64,000 nucleotides of DNA from an uncultured Spirochaetales bacterium (lineage in GTDB: Bacteria; Spirochaetota; Spirochaetia; DAHUYW01), in the NCBI GenBank assembly GCA_964506755.1, contig CAZDMH010000012.1, positions 83,061-147,060 on the forward strand. The letters run 5' to 3'. The position numbers and the translations under genes were made by a program. The notes beneath the pieces are model-generated. The model did no database searches. It saw only the letters and a program-made list of their open reading frames with translations, and was not told the origin of the DNA. Below are positions 38,777 to 48,288 of the stretch, one piece after another. Numbering within the stretch: position 1 is the first letter of the stretch; every line of letters begins with the position of its first letter.

Positions 38777-39781
38777 ATGAAGAAGGGTGCGTTTGTAGTA
38801 GCAGTGCTCTTGGCTTTCGGCGGCTTCGTTTTTGCCGGCGCTCAACCGGAGCAGAAGGTCCTGCACATGTACACCGCCTTCGACACTGAAGAGGCGCAGT
38901 ACTATATCAATGCCTATGAAAAGGCATCAGGAGTCAACGTTCAGTGGGTACGTCTCTCGTCAGGAGAGGTGCTCGCCCGCGTAGAGGCGGAAGCCGCAAA
39001 TCCGCAGGCCTCGGTCTGGTTCGGCGGCTCGAATACCTCGCACATCGATGCTGCGGCGAAGGGACTTCTCGCTCCCTACAAGCCCAACATAGACTTCACC
39101 TTGGCTCCCAACTTCCACGATTCCAATTGGGATTGGGTCGGTATCTACACCGGCGCAATCGGGTTCATCAGCAACAAGAACTTCCTGCAGAAGAACGGTG
39201 TCGCTGCGCCGACGTCGTGGCAGGACCTGCTCAATCCCGCGTTCAAGGACAACGTCGTCATCGCCTATCCCTATACGTCAGGCACCTCGTATACGACCTA
39301 TGCAACGCTCATTCAGCTCTACGGTCTCGACAAGACGCTTCAGTTCTGGAAGCAGTTCGACCAACAGAGTGTTCTGCAATATACAAAATCCGGCACGGGC
39401 GGCATCCCGATGACCGGTCTCGGCGAGGCGGCGGTTGCCATTGGATTCTCGCACGACATCGTCGCGAAGGGGATCGATAAGGGCTATCCGGTCGAGCTCA
39501 CCTTCCCGAAGGAGGGTACGGGCTACGAGGTCGGAGGAATGGCTCTCATCAAGGGGGGCAAGGAGCCCGAGCTTGCGAAGAAGTTCATGGACTGGGCGCT
39601 GTCGGTGCCGGCTCAGAACCTCTATCAGAAGTATGAGCGCCTGCCTCTCAACCCGAACGCGACGGTTTCCTCCGGCGCCGTCCCCTTGAGCAAGATCAAG
39701 CTCATCGACTACGACGCACAGGCTGCTGGCATGAACAAGGACAAATACATCCAGGCCTGGAGAGACGCGATCGGGAAGTAG
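38777..39781 (+). CDS. ABC transporter substrate-binding protein, Fe(3+)/AfuA-FbpA-like (substrate uncertain)
   Basis: ATG 38777 after AAAGGAGGA; signal peptide MKKGAFVVAVLLAFGGFVFAGAQ; SBP_bac_1/6-like fold with Tyr-rich binding region. Confidence 0.7.
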   Translation: MKKGAFVVAVLLAFGGFVFAGAQPEQKVLHMYTAFDTEEAQYYINAYEKASGVNVQWVRLSSGEVLARVEAEAANPQASVWFGGSNTSHIDAAAKGLLAPYKPNIDFTLAPNFHDSNWDWVGIYTGAIGFISNKNFLQKNGVAAPTSWQDLLNPAFKDNVVIAYPYTSGTSYTTYATLIQLYGLDKTLQFWKQFDQQSVLQYTKSGTGGIPMTGLGEAAVAIGFSHDIVAKGIDKGYPVELTFPKEGTGYEVGGMALIKGGKEPELAKKFMDWALSVPAQNLYQKYERLPLNPNATVSSGAVPLSKIKLIDYDAQAAGMNKDKYIQAWRDAIGK

Positions 39782-39885
39782 GTCCGATAGTGTAAGCCGA
39801 ATTGCGAGCCTCCGGGTATCCGGAGGCTCGTTCGAGGCACGCGCCGCAGAGCGCACAACACAACCCCACCATCGAGGTCAACGGA

Positions 39886-41598
39886 ATGGCACAGCGCGGT
39901 CGCGCGTCCGCGAGCGGCACGGAGGGTCTTCGCATGATCCTCCGAGAGCCGCTCCTATTCATTACGATTCTCGCGATTTTCTACCTACTGCTGGTCTTTG
40001 TCATACTGCCGATTGCTCAGGTCGTGGTGAAGAGCGTCTTGGTTGATCACCGAGTAACGCTCGGCAACTACCTGCAGGTTTTCTCGAAGCGATACCTCAT
40101 TACTCCTTTTTTCAACAGCATGCTTCTCGGGTTCACGACTGCGTGCGCCGGCACCTTCGTCGGCTATGTCTTCGCTTATGCGGTTACCCGCACGCCGCTC
40201 CCGGGCAAGCGCTTCTTCCGGCAGATTGCGACCTTTCCGATCGTGTCGCCACCGTTCGTTGTGGCGCTCGCTGCGATACTTCTCTTCGGAAGGGCAGGGA
40301 TCTTGACTCCTTACGTCAAAGCGATCTTCGGAGAATACTCGATTTACGGTCTCGGCGGGCTCGTACTCGTCGAGACGATCGCTTATGCACCGCTCGCGTT
40401 CCTCGTGCTCGTCGGCGTTCTGCAGGCCATCGACCCCGCCCTCGAGGAGGCGGCAATGGATCTCGGCGCCTCGCGCGGGAGAGTCTTCGCAACCGTAACC
40501 CTGCCGCTTTCAGTACCTGGCGTTGCGGCGGCCTGGCTTCTTGTTTTCATCGAGTCGGTGGCAGACTTCGGGAATCCGATGGTCCTTTCCGGCAACTTCA
40601 GCGTGCTCTCCGTTCAGGCCTACCTGCAGATTACCGGGGCGTTCAATCTTTCCACCGGTGCGACACTCGCCGTTCTGCTGCTTCTGCCGACGGCGGTTGC
40701 CTATGCGGTGCAGAAGTACCTCGTTTCGCGCCGCTCCTACGTCACGGTGACCGGGAGGCCGACGAGTGCGGTCATCCGGAATCTCGAATGGTACGTGAAG
40801 CTCCCTGTCTACGGTTTGACCTACCTCTTCACGGCCCTCATCTTTCTCTTCTACGGGATGGTGCTCTGGGGATCGTTGCAGAAGCTGTGGGGGGTCGACG
40901 CGACGCTGACTCTGCGCAACTACGCGGAGGTGTTTCGCGTTGGCAAGGACTACATCGTCGACTCGGTGCTCCTGTCGGCGATAGCGGCCCCAATCTCCGG
41001 AATTCTCGGGATGATCGTGGCGTTTCTCATAGTGCGTCGGCGCTTCATCGGGCGACGGGTCATGGAGTTCGCTTCGATGCTCACGTTTGCCGTGCCGGGA
41101 ACGGTTGTCGGCATCGGCTACATCCTGGCATTCAATCAGCGAAGCACCTTCTTCCCATTCGTACTGACAGGCACCGCCGCCATCATCGTCGCACTGCTCG
41201 TCTTCCGCTACATGCCTGCGGGCATCCAGTCGGGAGTGGCAGCTCTGCAACAGATCGACCCGTCGATCGAGGAGGCTTCGGCCGATCTTGGCGCCGGTTC
41301 GGGTACGACCTTCAGGCGGATCACCCTGCCGATGATCGCTCCGGCGTTCTTCTCGGGTCTCGTGTACAGCTTCGTCAAGGCGATGACCGCCATTAGCGCA
41401 ATCATCTTCGTCGTTTCGGGAAGCTGGAATCTCATTACCGTGGCGATACTCGGCTATGTGGACAACAGCCAGTACGCCCAGGCGGCCGCGATGAGCATAT
41501 TTCTCATCGCGATCATCCTCGTGGCCCTCGGCGTCATCCAGCTATTCGTGAACAGGGTGGGGCGCGGGGTCCGGGTTTCAAGCATCATTGGATCATGA
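39886..41598 (+). CDS. ABC transporter permease, fused double BPD_transp_1 type (FbpB/AfuB-like)
   Basis: About 12 TM; two EAA-like loops (EEAAMDLGASRGRVFATVTLP; EEASADLGAGSGTTFRRITLP). ATG at 39886; listed ORF begins at an upstream TTG. Confidence 0.75.
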   Translation: MAQRGRASASGTEGLRMILREPLLFITILAIFYLLLVFVILPIAQVVVKSVLVDHRVTLGNYLQVFSKRYLITPFFNSMLLGFTTACAGTFVGYVFAYAVTRTPLPGKRFFRQIATFPIVSPPFVVALAAILLFGRAGILTPYVKAIFGEYSIYGLGGLVLVETIAYAPLAFLVLVGVLQAIDPALEEAAMDLGASRGRVFATVTLPLSVPGVAAAWLLVFIESVADFGNPMVLSGNFSVLSVQAYLQITGAFNLSTGATLAVLLLLPTAVAYAVQKYLVSRRSYVTVTGRPTSAVIRNLEWYVKLPVYGLTYLFTALIFLFYGMVLWGSLQKLWGVDATLTLRNYAEVFRVGKDYIVDSVLLSAIAAPISGILGMIVAFLIVRRRFIGRRVMEFASMLTFAVPGTVVGIGYILAFNQRSTFFPFVLTGTAAIIVALLVFRYMPAGIQSGVAALQQIDPSIEEASADLGAGSGTTFRRITLPMIAPAFFSGLVYSFVKAMTAISAIIFVVSGSWNLITVAILGYVDNSQYAQAAAMSIFLIAIILVALGVIQLFVNRVGRGVRVSSIIGS

Positions 41599-41614
41599 GG
41601 TAGTGGACGTTACC

Positions 41615-42709
41615 ATGAAAAGCGACTATCTAACACTTCGAAATCTCGTAAAGGAGTTCGGCGGCGGCCGCAACCTCGTGCGCGCGGTGGATTCGGTAAA
41701 TCTTGAGGTCCCCGAGGGAGAGCTCGTGACCCTGCTCGGGCCCTCGGGCTGCGGTAAGACGACGACCCTCCGTATGGTGGCGGGGTTTCAAACACCAACC
41801 TCGGGCGAGGTACTCATCGACGGAGAGAAGATGAACTGGGTGCCGCCGAACAAACGTCCGACGGCCATGGTCTTTCAGAACTACGCCCTCTTCCCTCATC
41901 TCTCGGTTTTCGAGAATATCGCATACGGGCTCCGTGTCAGACGAGTGCCGCGCACGGAGGTCCGTCGGAAGGTGCTCGAGGTAATGTCGCTCGTCGGGCT
42001 TGCCGGCCTCGAGAAACGCTCCCCGGAGGCGCTCTCCGGTGGGCAGCAGCAGCGCGTGAGCCTCGGGCGATCGCTCGTCATGGAACCGAAGGTGCTTCTG
42101 CTCGACGAGCCACTTTCGAACCTCGATGCGAAGCTGCGCGTGAGCACGCGCATGGAGATTCGCAAGCTGCAGCAACGAGTTGGAATCACGACGGTCTACG
42201 TCACCCACGACCAGGAAGAGGCGATGACGCTTTCCGATCGCGTTGTCGTCATGCTCGACGGGAGAATCCAGCAGGTCGGAACACCCCGTGAGATCTACGC
42301 GCGACCGACGAACCGATTCGTTGCCGGGTTCATCGGCAAGGCGAACTTTCTCGAAAGTCGCGTCGGCGAGGCGCGGGACGATCGCGTCGCTGTGGAGATC
42401 GCCGGTCGGAGAATCGAGTTGTCTGCCGGGGGCCGGCGCTTTGCCTCCGGCGACCGCGTGCTTATTGTGGTTCGGCCGGAGTCGCTGACTGTGGGGCATG
42501 CTGAAGCTGGAAAGATTCCGGCTGTGGTGACCGAAAGCGTCTATCTCGGTTCGGAGGTCCTCTACGGAGTCCGCATCGGAGAAACCCATGTGACCGTCGA
42601 GGAGCGGGATCCGGAGGAACGCGAGGTGTTCGAGGTCGGCGCGGCAGTTGGGATCACACTCAGAGAGGGAAACCTCCACGTGCTCCCCTACGAGGAGTCT
42701 CGCGGCTGA
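41615..42709 (+). CDS. ABC transporter ATP-binding protein (FbpC/PotA-like, with C-terminal TOBE-like domain)
   Basis: Walker A GPSGCGKTT, signature LSGGQQQRVSLGRSL, Walker B LLLDEPLSNLD; C-terminal ~120 aa TOBE-like region. Confidence 0.8.
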   Translation: MKSDYLTLRNLVKEFGGGRNLVRAVDSVNLEVPEGELVTLLGPSGCGKTTTLRMVAGFQTPTSGEVLIDGEKMNWVPPNKRPTAMVFQNYALFPHLSVFENIAYGLRVRRVPRTEVRRKVLEVMSLVGLAGLEKRSPEALSGGQQQRVSLGRSLVMEPKVLLLDEPLSNLDAKLRVSTRMEIRKLQQRVGITTVYVTHDQEEAMTLSDRVVVMLDGRIQQVGTPREIYARPTNRFVAGFIGKANFLESRVGEARDDRVAVEIAGRRIELSAGGRRFASGDRVLIVVRPESLTVGHAEAGKIPAVVTESVYLGSEVLYGVRIGETHVTVEERDPEEREVFEVGAAVGITLREGNLHVLPYEESRG

Positions 42710-42748
42710 TCGCCGGGCGCTCCGGTCGAAGAGCGTCCATCGTCCGGT

Positions 42749-43141
42749 TCAGCCCGCCCTCGCAGTGCTGGTGGAGTCGCCGAGATAGACAAAACGATCG
42801 CCTGGGTGAAAGGTTATCTTGAAGGGGCTGTTCAGATACAAGTGGAAGTACTTATCCCGTTCAACACCGATGACTTGATCGGCCTTCTGGATGCTTTCGA
42901 GGCTGGTCACCGGCTTCTTTGACAGCAAAACGAACGCCTTCCTTTCGTAGGCAGCCTTCACGGCAAAATCGACAACCCCCCACTTCTGAACGAGCTTCGG
43001 CCCGAATGATATCTTCCCTGTCACAACGACAGAGCCCCGTGAAATTGGTTTTCCGGCTTCTGCAACCGGTACGTAGGTAACGCAACCGGCGAGTATGGCG
43101 GCAAGTACTACGCCAACAATGGCTGGCCAAAAACGCTTCAT
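42749..43141 (-). CDS. Lipoprotein, unknown function
   Basis: ATG 43141 gives MKRFWPAIVGVVLAAILAGCVTY (lipobox). The longer listed ORF adds an unlikely N-terminus encoded by a palindrome. Confidence 0.5.
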   Translation of the reverse strand: MKRFWPAIVGVVLAAILAGCVTYVPVAEAGKPISRGSVVVTGKISFGPKLVQKWGVVDFAVKAAYERKAFVLLSKKPVTSLESIQKADQVIGVERDKYFHLYLNSPFKITFHPGDRFVYLGDSTSTARAG

Positions 43142-43184
43142 GAAAATCCTGCCTGTATGAAAAGGAATAGTTGCACAAACGTAT

Positions 43185-43202
43185 CCGCACCGTACGGTGC
43201 GG
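43185..43202. promoter_or_regulatory. Perfect 18-bp palindrome CCGCACCGTACGGTGCGG upstream of the lipoprotein gene (candidate operator or hairpin)
   Basis: Self-complementary sequence 44-61 nt upstream of ATG 43141, within a 386-bp intergenic region. Confidence 0.3.
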
Positions 43203-43527
43203 AGTTTCATCGGATCGACACCCTTCTCACTTGTTGTTGCTGTGCGTTACTTGGCTTTGCCTCCTTTCGTTGTCACTCCCGCGTTACGGGACTCTCCCTC
43301 AGGATCCTTCCCGGCAGCGCTGCGCGAAAATCACAGACTTCGTGTCCGTATTCGCTTGGAATCGCATCTCTCATACCGGAGCTCCGAGGCCGGGCGGTCC
43401 TTCGTACCATCGGGTATGAGACAGCTACGAACACCGCTATTGTCCGTAAGGAGTATTAATGGAAACGCGTTTTTATGCAAATGGAGAAATTAGGGATACA
43501 GAGAAAGTGAAGGATGTTGCGGTTCCG

Positions 43528-44151
43528 CTACTCCTTGAGGGAGAACTTGCGCCGTATTTCATGGAAAAGGGCTTCGAAGAACGGATGGTTGCCGGTCGTC
43601 ACGCCGTGATCCATGAGGATCTCATCGCGTTCGTTGTTCATGTACTGATAGAGAAAACGCACGGCGTCGCTCTTGCGCTCAGGCTTGAAGCAAAGCTTCA
43701 CCACGGCTGCCATTTCCTGGTCCGTGAGGAAATGTTTGCTGCCGTCTATGATCATGTAGTAGGTCTTGCCGTCAGGCGACTGCTGAATTTCTACCGTTAT
43801 CTCCTGTACGTTTTGCCCGACCCGCGCAGTCGTTCCGGCCTTCTTGTGCGCCTCCTGCTTGCCCTTGTTCAGTTTCTCCATTTCGGCGTTCAATTCGTCG
43901 ACCCGTTTGTTGTGCAAGAGCACGTTCGCCTGACGGACCAAGAACAGCAATCCTTCCGCATCTATCTCTGGAAGCATGTCAACGAGCTCATTCTCGAGTT
44001 TGTCTCTTGCCGAAAGAGTTTTAACCGCTTTTTTGGCGGGAGCCGCTTTCCTTGAGCTCGATGACTTCTTCACTGAGGAGGCTTTCTTTGCCGGGGTTTT
44101 CGGTGTTTTTTTTGAAGCAGGTTTTTTCGCCACTTTCCCTTCCTTACCCAA
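43528..44151 (-). CDS. Lys/Ala/Pro-rich (histone H1-like N-terminal tail) protein with uncharacterised C-terminal domain
   Basis: 207 aa; N-terminus MGKEGKVAKKPASKKTPKTPAKKASSVKKSSSSRKAAPAKKAVK; globular C-terminal ~150 aa with no recognised motif. Confidence 0.55.
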   Translation of the reverse strand: MGKEGKVAKKPASKKTPKTPAKKASSVKKSSSSRKAAPAKKAVKTLSARDKLENELVDMLPEIDAEGLLFLVRQANVLLHNKRVDELNAEMEKLNKGKQEAHKKAGTTARVGQNVQEITVEIQQSPDGKTYYMIIDGSKHFLTDQEMAAVVKLCFKPERKSDAVRFLYQYMNNERDEILMDHGVTTGNHPFFEALFHEIRRKFSLKE

Positions 44152-44172
44152 GAGGTTGATAGAAAAGACGAT

Positions 44173-44934
44173 TCAAGGTGGTTGCCGGAGGTTGCATGCG
44201 GGGACGCCGAGCCTGAGGCAACGGTCTCTCCGCGGTTCCCTCACCTGTCCTACAAATCTACCACCAGCAGGCGTGCTCAACAAGTGGATTTCGGCGGATT
44301 GTCTCGATGTCGGGCGTGTACGCCGGCACCAGTTTCCCTGGATATTCCCGGCAGAAAGAGTAGCGGGTCGCCCCGTTCCAGACTGCCCCGCAGCTGCTCT
44401 CCCGCCGCCCAGCAGCGTCAAGAGTGCCGTCAGCTCGACGACTTCGAATGTGTCATGGAGCTTTGAAGGCGCGAGAGAGAGGTCTTCTACACTACGATCC
44501 CACATCCGGCAACGCTCGACATTCGTCGTCGGTCGCCGCGCAGCCGTTTGTGACCACGGTGACGGTCATGCCTCTCATTCGGCAGGCGAGCACGAGCTCC
44601 AGGATTCGCTCGCCCAAGAACGGCTCTCCGCCGCTGAAGGTGAGGTGAAAGATCTGGACCCGACGGAACAATGCTCTGAGGGTACGGAGCGATTCCCGAA
44701 ACCCTACCGTCTGGGCTCCCGTTGCTCCCGGGCGTTTCCAGATGTTGTAGCAGTAGCGGCAGTGCAAGTTGCGCTCCGGCGTTGTTTCGAAGACGATCCC
44801 CGGAAGATAGACAGGAGGCTCAGCGCTCTTCGTCGGCCACGATCGATCGGTAAGCAGCGAACGGCGTTGCAGTTGTGGCTCGCCTCTGGGGGAGAAAAAG
44901 GGGGCGGGCGTCCCGCCCCCACGATGCCCCTAGC
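44173..44934 (-). pseudogene. Probable radical SAM enzyme remnant (degenerate CxxxCxxC; truncated/frameshifted)
   Basis: Manual translation upstream of listed ORF 44492..44767 gives ...VFETTPERNLHCRYCYNIW...FSGGEPFL...VTVVTNG. The position expected for the first Cys of CxxxCxxC is Arg (CGC at 44773-71). The frame terminates ~100 aa after the motif; a downstream alternative frame (44173..44505) has SLAPSKLHD resembling the SxDGPxEVHD region. No ATG start, and it begins immediately after the terminator of the upstream gene. Confidence 0.4.
44890..44920 (-). terminator. Rho-independent terminator downstream of the SnoaL-like gene
   Basis: 9-bp GC stem GGGGGCGGG / CCCGCCCCC with 3-nt loop (44900-44920), followed on the minus strand by TTTTTCTC; 10 nt after the TAG stop (44932-44930). 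Confidence 0.6.
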
Positions 44935-45439
44935 TGGGCGGCACGTTGCTGTTGTAGCAGTCCCTGAGGATTTTCCATTTGCCGCTGGAGTCTTTGTGAA
45001 GAATGGTTAGAAACTTGCCGTCGACAACGATCGCGGCGCCGCCGGTTTTCGGAGTATCCGCTTTGTAGTAGGTTCCCATCGTGTAGGCATAATCCCCCAT
45101 TACCACGATCTCTTTTGGATTTATGCGCATCTCGGTGTTGTATTCTTGTGCGCCTTTCGCGAACTTGGCCTTGATCTTGTCAGAAACCGCCCAGAGCTGA
45201 AACATCGGTTGATCCTGCGGCATCTTGTATGCACCACGATCGTGAAGATTCAAATAACCTTCGGCGTCGTGATTCACGACGAATCGAGAATAGTCGTTCC
45301 ACAACGTCTCAATCGCGGTCTTGTCCGCGGCCTGAGTGTTCGAAGCGGTTTTCGAGGCCCCATGTTCGTCCCCTCCCCCCGCAAATGCGAAGCCCGTCAG
45401 CGCACCGACGAGAATCAGTGCCGTAAGACATCTCTTCAT
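44930..45439 (-). CDS. Secreted SnoaL-like / NTF2-like (DUF4440-type) protein
   Basis: ATG 45439 with AAGGAG upstream; signal peptide MKRCLTALILVGALTGFAFAGG; mature ~140 aa with a pattern typical of ketosteroid-isomerase-like folds. Confidence 0.5.
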   Translation of the reverse strand: MKRCLTALILVGALTGFAFAGGGDEHGASKTASNTQAADKTAIETLWNDYSRFVVNHDAEGYLNLHDRGAYKMPQDQPMFQLWAVSDKIKAKFAKGAQEYNTEMRINPKEIVVMGDYAYTMGTYYKADTPKTGGAAIVVDGKFLTILHKDSSGKWKILRDCYNSNVPPS

Positions 45440-45865
45440 ATCGCTCTCCTTCCACGAGGTCATCGCCCCATGTAGCTTTGCGGAATACATACACGATCGG
45501 GCGTTGCAGAAACGTTGCCGTGGCGCTGTGGGCGATCTCGTCCCCATCGAGGTCCTTTCGATGGCAACGCGGCTGAGACGACGATTTCATCACTCGACTG
45601 CGTTGATGTCCGAAAACTTGCATTCGGCACGGCCGCAAGGTAGTATGGGCCATGGATATTCGGGACTCTGCAAAGGCGACGACTGCGATGTGGAACCAAT
45701 CAACGGCAAGCGCTGTTCCTCGAGAACGTGTGCGGCACTCCCGCGCTCATTCTGTGTGATTTTCACAACGCGGGAGAGAGGTCTGTCGTGGTCATGGAAC
45801 GGATTGGAACGATGACGGTAGTCACACAGAGAGCGGAACAGCCTTGCACAATGGAGGCCGGCTGA

Positions 45866-46816
45866 ATGTTCATTCGTACAGTTCTGGGAGACATCGACCC
45901 AAAGCGGCTCGGGCAATGCGGGGCACATGAGCACGTCGTCATTGATGAAAGCTTCCCAACGCTGGTCGACGAAGAGTTTCTCCTGAGCGACGTCGAACGG
46001 ATCTGCGAGGAGCTTGACCGGTTCCGAGAAGCGGGCGGTCGTGCGATGGTGGATTCGATGCCCTGCGACGCCGGTCGGGACGTGCTCAAACTTGCCGAGG
46101 TTTCGAAGCGAAGCGGTGTGCACATAATCGCTTCGACAGGTCTTCACCTTGCAGGCTACTACCCGCCCGGTCACTGGGGTGCTGTGCTGAAGGCCGAACA
46201 ACTGGCTGAGCTCTTCATTGCGGACATCGAAGAGGGTATAGACGAGTTGGACTACGGCTGTCCCGTCGTAAAGCGCTCCGCTCACAAGGCGGGCGTCATC
46301 AAGGTGGCGAGCGGCAAAGACCGTCTGAGCGAGCGCGAAAAGAAGATCTTTCGTGCCGCGGCGATAGCGGCGAAGGAGACCGGTGCTCCGATTCTGACAC
46401 ACACCGAACAGGGTACGGCTGCCTTGGAACAGGTCGAAATCCTACGCGGCACCGGACTCGATTTGCGTCATGTCGTACTGTCGCATACCGACCGGCTGCC
46501 GGACGAGAGCTATCATCGTGAGATTCTCTCTACCGGTGTGCGCTTAGAATATGACTCGGGCTTCCGGTGGCCGCAAGGAAGCGAGAATCGCACCGTCTCC
46601 CTTCTCACACGGCTGCTTCCCGAATATCCCGAGCAACTCCTTGTTGGGATGGATGCGGCGAAACGGAAATACTGGCGTTCGTTCGGAGGCAGTCCAGGGC
46701 TCCAGTTTCTCGTCTCGGAGCTTCCCGAGCTTCTCAAGAATGCCGGGGTCAGTGAAGAGCTGATTCGGGGACTCCTTGTGAACAATCCATCCGTCGCCTA
46801 TTCGTTCGAACGTTAG
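45866..46816 (+). CDS. Phosphotriesterase-family (PTE/Php-like) metal-dependent hydrolase
   Basis: 316 aa; N-terminal HxH metal motif GQCGAHEHVVID, carbamylated-Lys region VIKVASGK, and further His/Asp ligands (ILTHTEQG, VLSHTD). Confidence 0.75.
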   Translation: MFIRTVLGDIDPKRLGQCGAHEHVVIDESFPTLVDEEFLLSDVERICEELDRFREAGGRAMVDSMPCDAGRDVLKLAEVSKRSGVHIIASTGLHLAGYYPPGHWGAVLKAEQLAELFIADIEEGIDELDYGCPVVKRSAHKAGVIKVASGKDRLSEREKKIFRAAAIAAKETGAPILTHTEQGTAALEQVEILRGTGLDLRHVVLSHTDRLPDESYHREILSTGVRLEYDSGFRWPQGSENRTVSLLTRLLPEYPEQLLVGMDAAKRKYWRSFGGSPGLQFLVSELPELLKNAGVSEELIRGLLVNNPSVAYSFER

Positions 46817-46974
46817 CACAGGACGGCTCCGGAGATCCTGCACCAACTCTATCTCTCAGAGGATTGGGTCATACGACCGTGAGGCGACTCATGGATAGGG
46901 CAGAAAAGAAAGGTCCGTCGGCCGGGGTGACCTCGACGGCAATCTCCTATGAGAAGCGAGAACGACGTCGCTTT

Positions 46975-48267
46975 CTAGAACTGAGCGAGCACTTGGAGGT
47001 CGAATGTGAGGGAATTATCACCGGCGAAATAGGTGAACTCCTTGCCGCTGCCGCCTCCGTTGTAGGCAAGCGAGAGCGTGAAGGGCACGATATTCGGTAT
47101 CGAGAACTTCGAAGCAAGCTTCCCCTGGTAGGAACCGTCGGAGAAGTTGCTAATGCCGGAGAGCGTGAGGTCGAGAAAGCTCGCAAGAGACTGTTGTTTG
47201 GTAATCGCTGCGTACGCGTAGAGCTTCCCGACGTACAGCGGCACAAAGCTGCCTGAGGCCGTCATCGAAGGATAGTCCGCAGTCGCATCGGTCCCTTTCG
47301 AGTTATAGAAGGCCTCGGCCTGGGCGGTCCAGCGCTTGAGCTCTCCGAAGGAACGGGAGAAGCCGAGCGATCCCGAGTAGCTGAGGTCGTAGTTGTCGTA
47401 GGGAAAGAGCACTGCAAGCTCGCCGTATACGGCAGTCCCGAGCAGGTTGCCCGAGAAATCGAATCCATATCGATTCTGAATGCTCTGCCCGAGATATCCG
47501 CTCAAGCCGAGCTCGAACCCGCCGAGTGTCGCCGCGGTTCGAAGGGCGAGATTCGTGGTTGTTGCGATCTCTCCGACCGCGCCGTTCTGGATCGAGTTGG
47601 AGAAGTCCGTAAACAGAGTAACGTCCCAGGATGGAAAAGGGAGAAAGAGCTTGAATCCCGGTTTCCCCTGGCGTAGATCGATGTTCTCGAGCGAGCTTGC
47701 CTTGGCTGTGTTTATGAAGTCGACCGGCGTCCAGACGTTGGAGGGTCCCCACGCGACGAGCTGATTCCCGAGTCTCAAGAAGAGTTTCTTTGCGACGTCG
47801 AAATCGAAGAAGAACTCCGAAAGGTTGAAGGTGTTCGAGAAGAGGTCGCTGCCGATCGGAGCTGCCGACATCGAGCCTCCGGCTCCCTGGAACAGGGTGT
47901 GCTGAACGGCGTAGGAGAGATAGAGCTGTCCGTAGAAGGGTATTGTGACCTTCGCGAAAGTCTTGCCGGAGAAGGCCCCGTTCGCGGTGTAGCCGTCGAA
48001 AGCGGCGGAACTGTTCGCCTGGACATCGGCAAGAAAGGTGCCGCCGACGAGGTAGGAAAGTGCGTTCTTCTTTTCCTGCGTCTGGCTCTCTTCGACACTT
48101 TTGTCGAAAGTCTGCGTATCGAAGATGCTTGCATCGCTGCTTCCCGTATCTGCAACTCCGTTTGACTCGCCATTCTGCGGGCTCGAGCTCGTCTGGGCCA
48201 ACAGACTCATCGTGAACACGAACAACCCAATGGTTGCGATGGACGTGACTTTGCCAATTCTGGTCAT
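46975..48267 (-). CDS. Outer-membrane beta-barrel-like protein, unknown function
   Basis: Signal peptide; amphipathic beta-strand pattern rich in G/S/T/Y/F; C-terminal ...LQVLAQF ending in Phe. Confidence 0.5.
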   Translation of the reverse strand: MTRIGKVTSIATIGLFVFTMSLLAQTSSSPQNGESNGVADTGSSDASIFDTQTFDKSVEESQTQEKKNALSYLVGGTFLADVQANSSAAFDGYTANGAFSGKTFAKVTIPFYGQLYLSYAVQHTLFQGAGGSMSAAPIGSDLFSNTFNLSEFFFDFDVAKKLFLRLGNQLVAWGPSNVWTPVDFINTAKASSLENIDLRQGKPGFKLFLPFPSWDVTLFTDFSNSIQNGAVGEIATTTNLALRTAATLGGFELGLSGYLGQSIQNRYGFDFSGNLLGTAVYGELAVLFPYDNYDLSYSGSLGFSRSFGELKRWTAQAEAFYNSKGTDATADYPSMTASGSFVPLYVGKLYAYAAITKQQSLASFLDLTLSGISNFSDGSYQGKLASKFSIPNIVPFTLSLAYNGGGSGKEFTYFAGDNSLTFDLQVLAQF

Positions 48268-48288
48268 AAGAACTCCTCCGGGTAATCG

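Noticed and set aside
40143-41396. 417-aa plus-strand alternate-frame ORF and a 246-aa minus ORF within the Fe ABC permease gene
   Set aside because: Arg/Gly-rich off-frame products. The permease frame contains two canonical EAA loops and 12 TM segments.
41630-42679. 349-aa minus-strand ORF opposite the ABC ATPase gene
   Set aside because: Antisense to a gene with Walker A/B and signature motifs. No motifs of its own.
42749-43210. Longer N-terminal extension of the lipoprotein ORF (MKLRTVRCGYVCATIPFHTGRIF...)
   Set aside because: The extension is encoded by the 18-bp palindrome and lacks signal-peptide character. The internal ATG at 43141 gives a canonical lipoprotein signal peptide.
45590-46402. 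270-aa minus-strand ORF inside the phosphotriesterase-family gene
   Set aside because: Antisense shadow of a gene with clear HxH metal-binding motifs. No features of its own.
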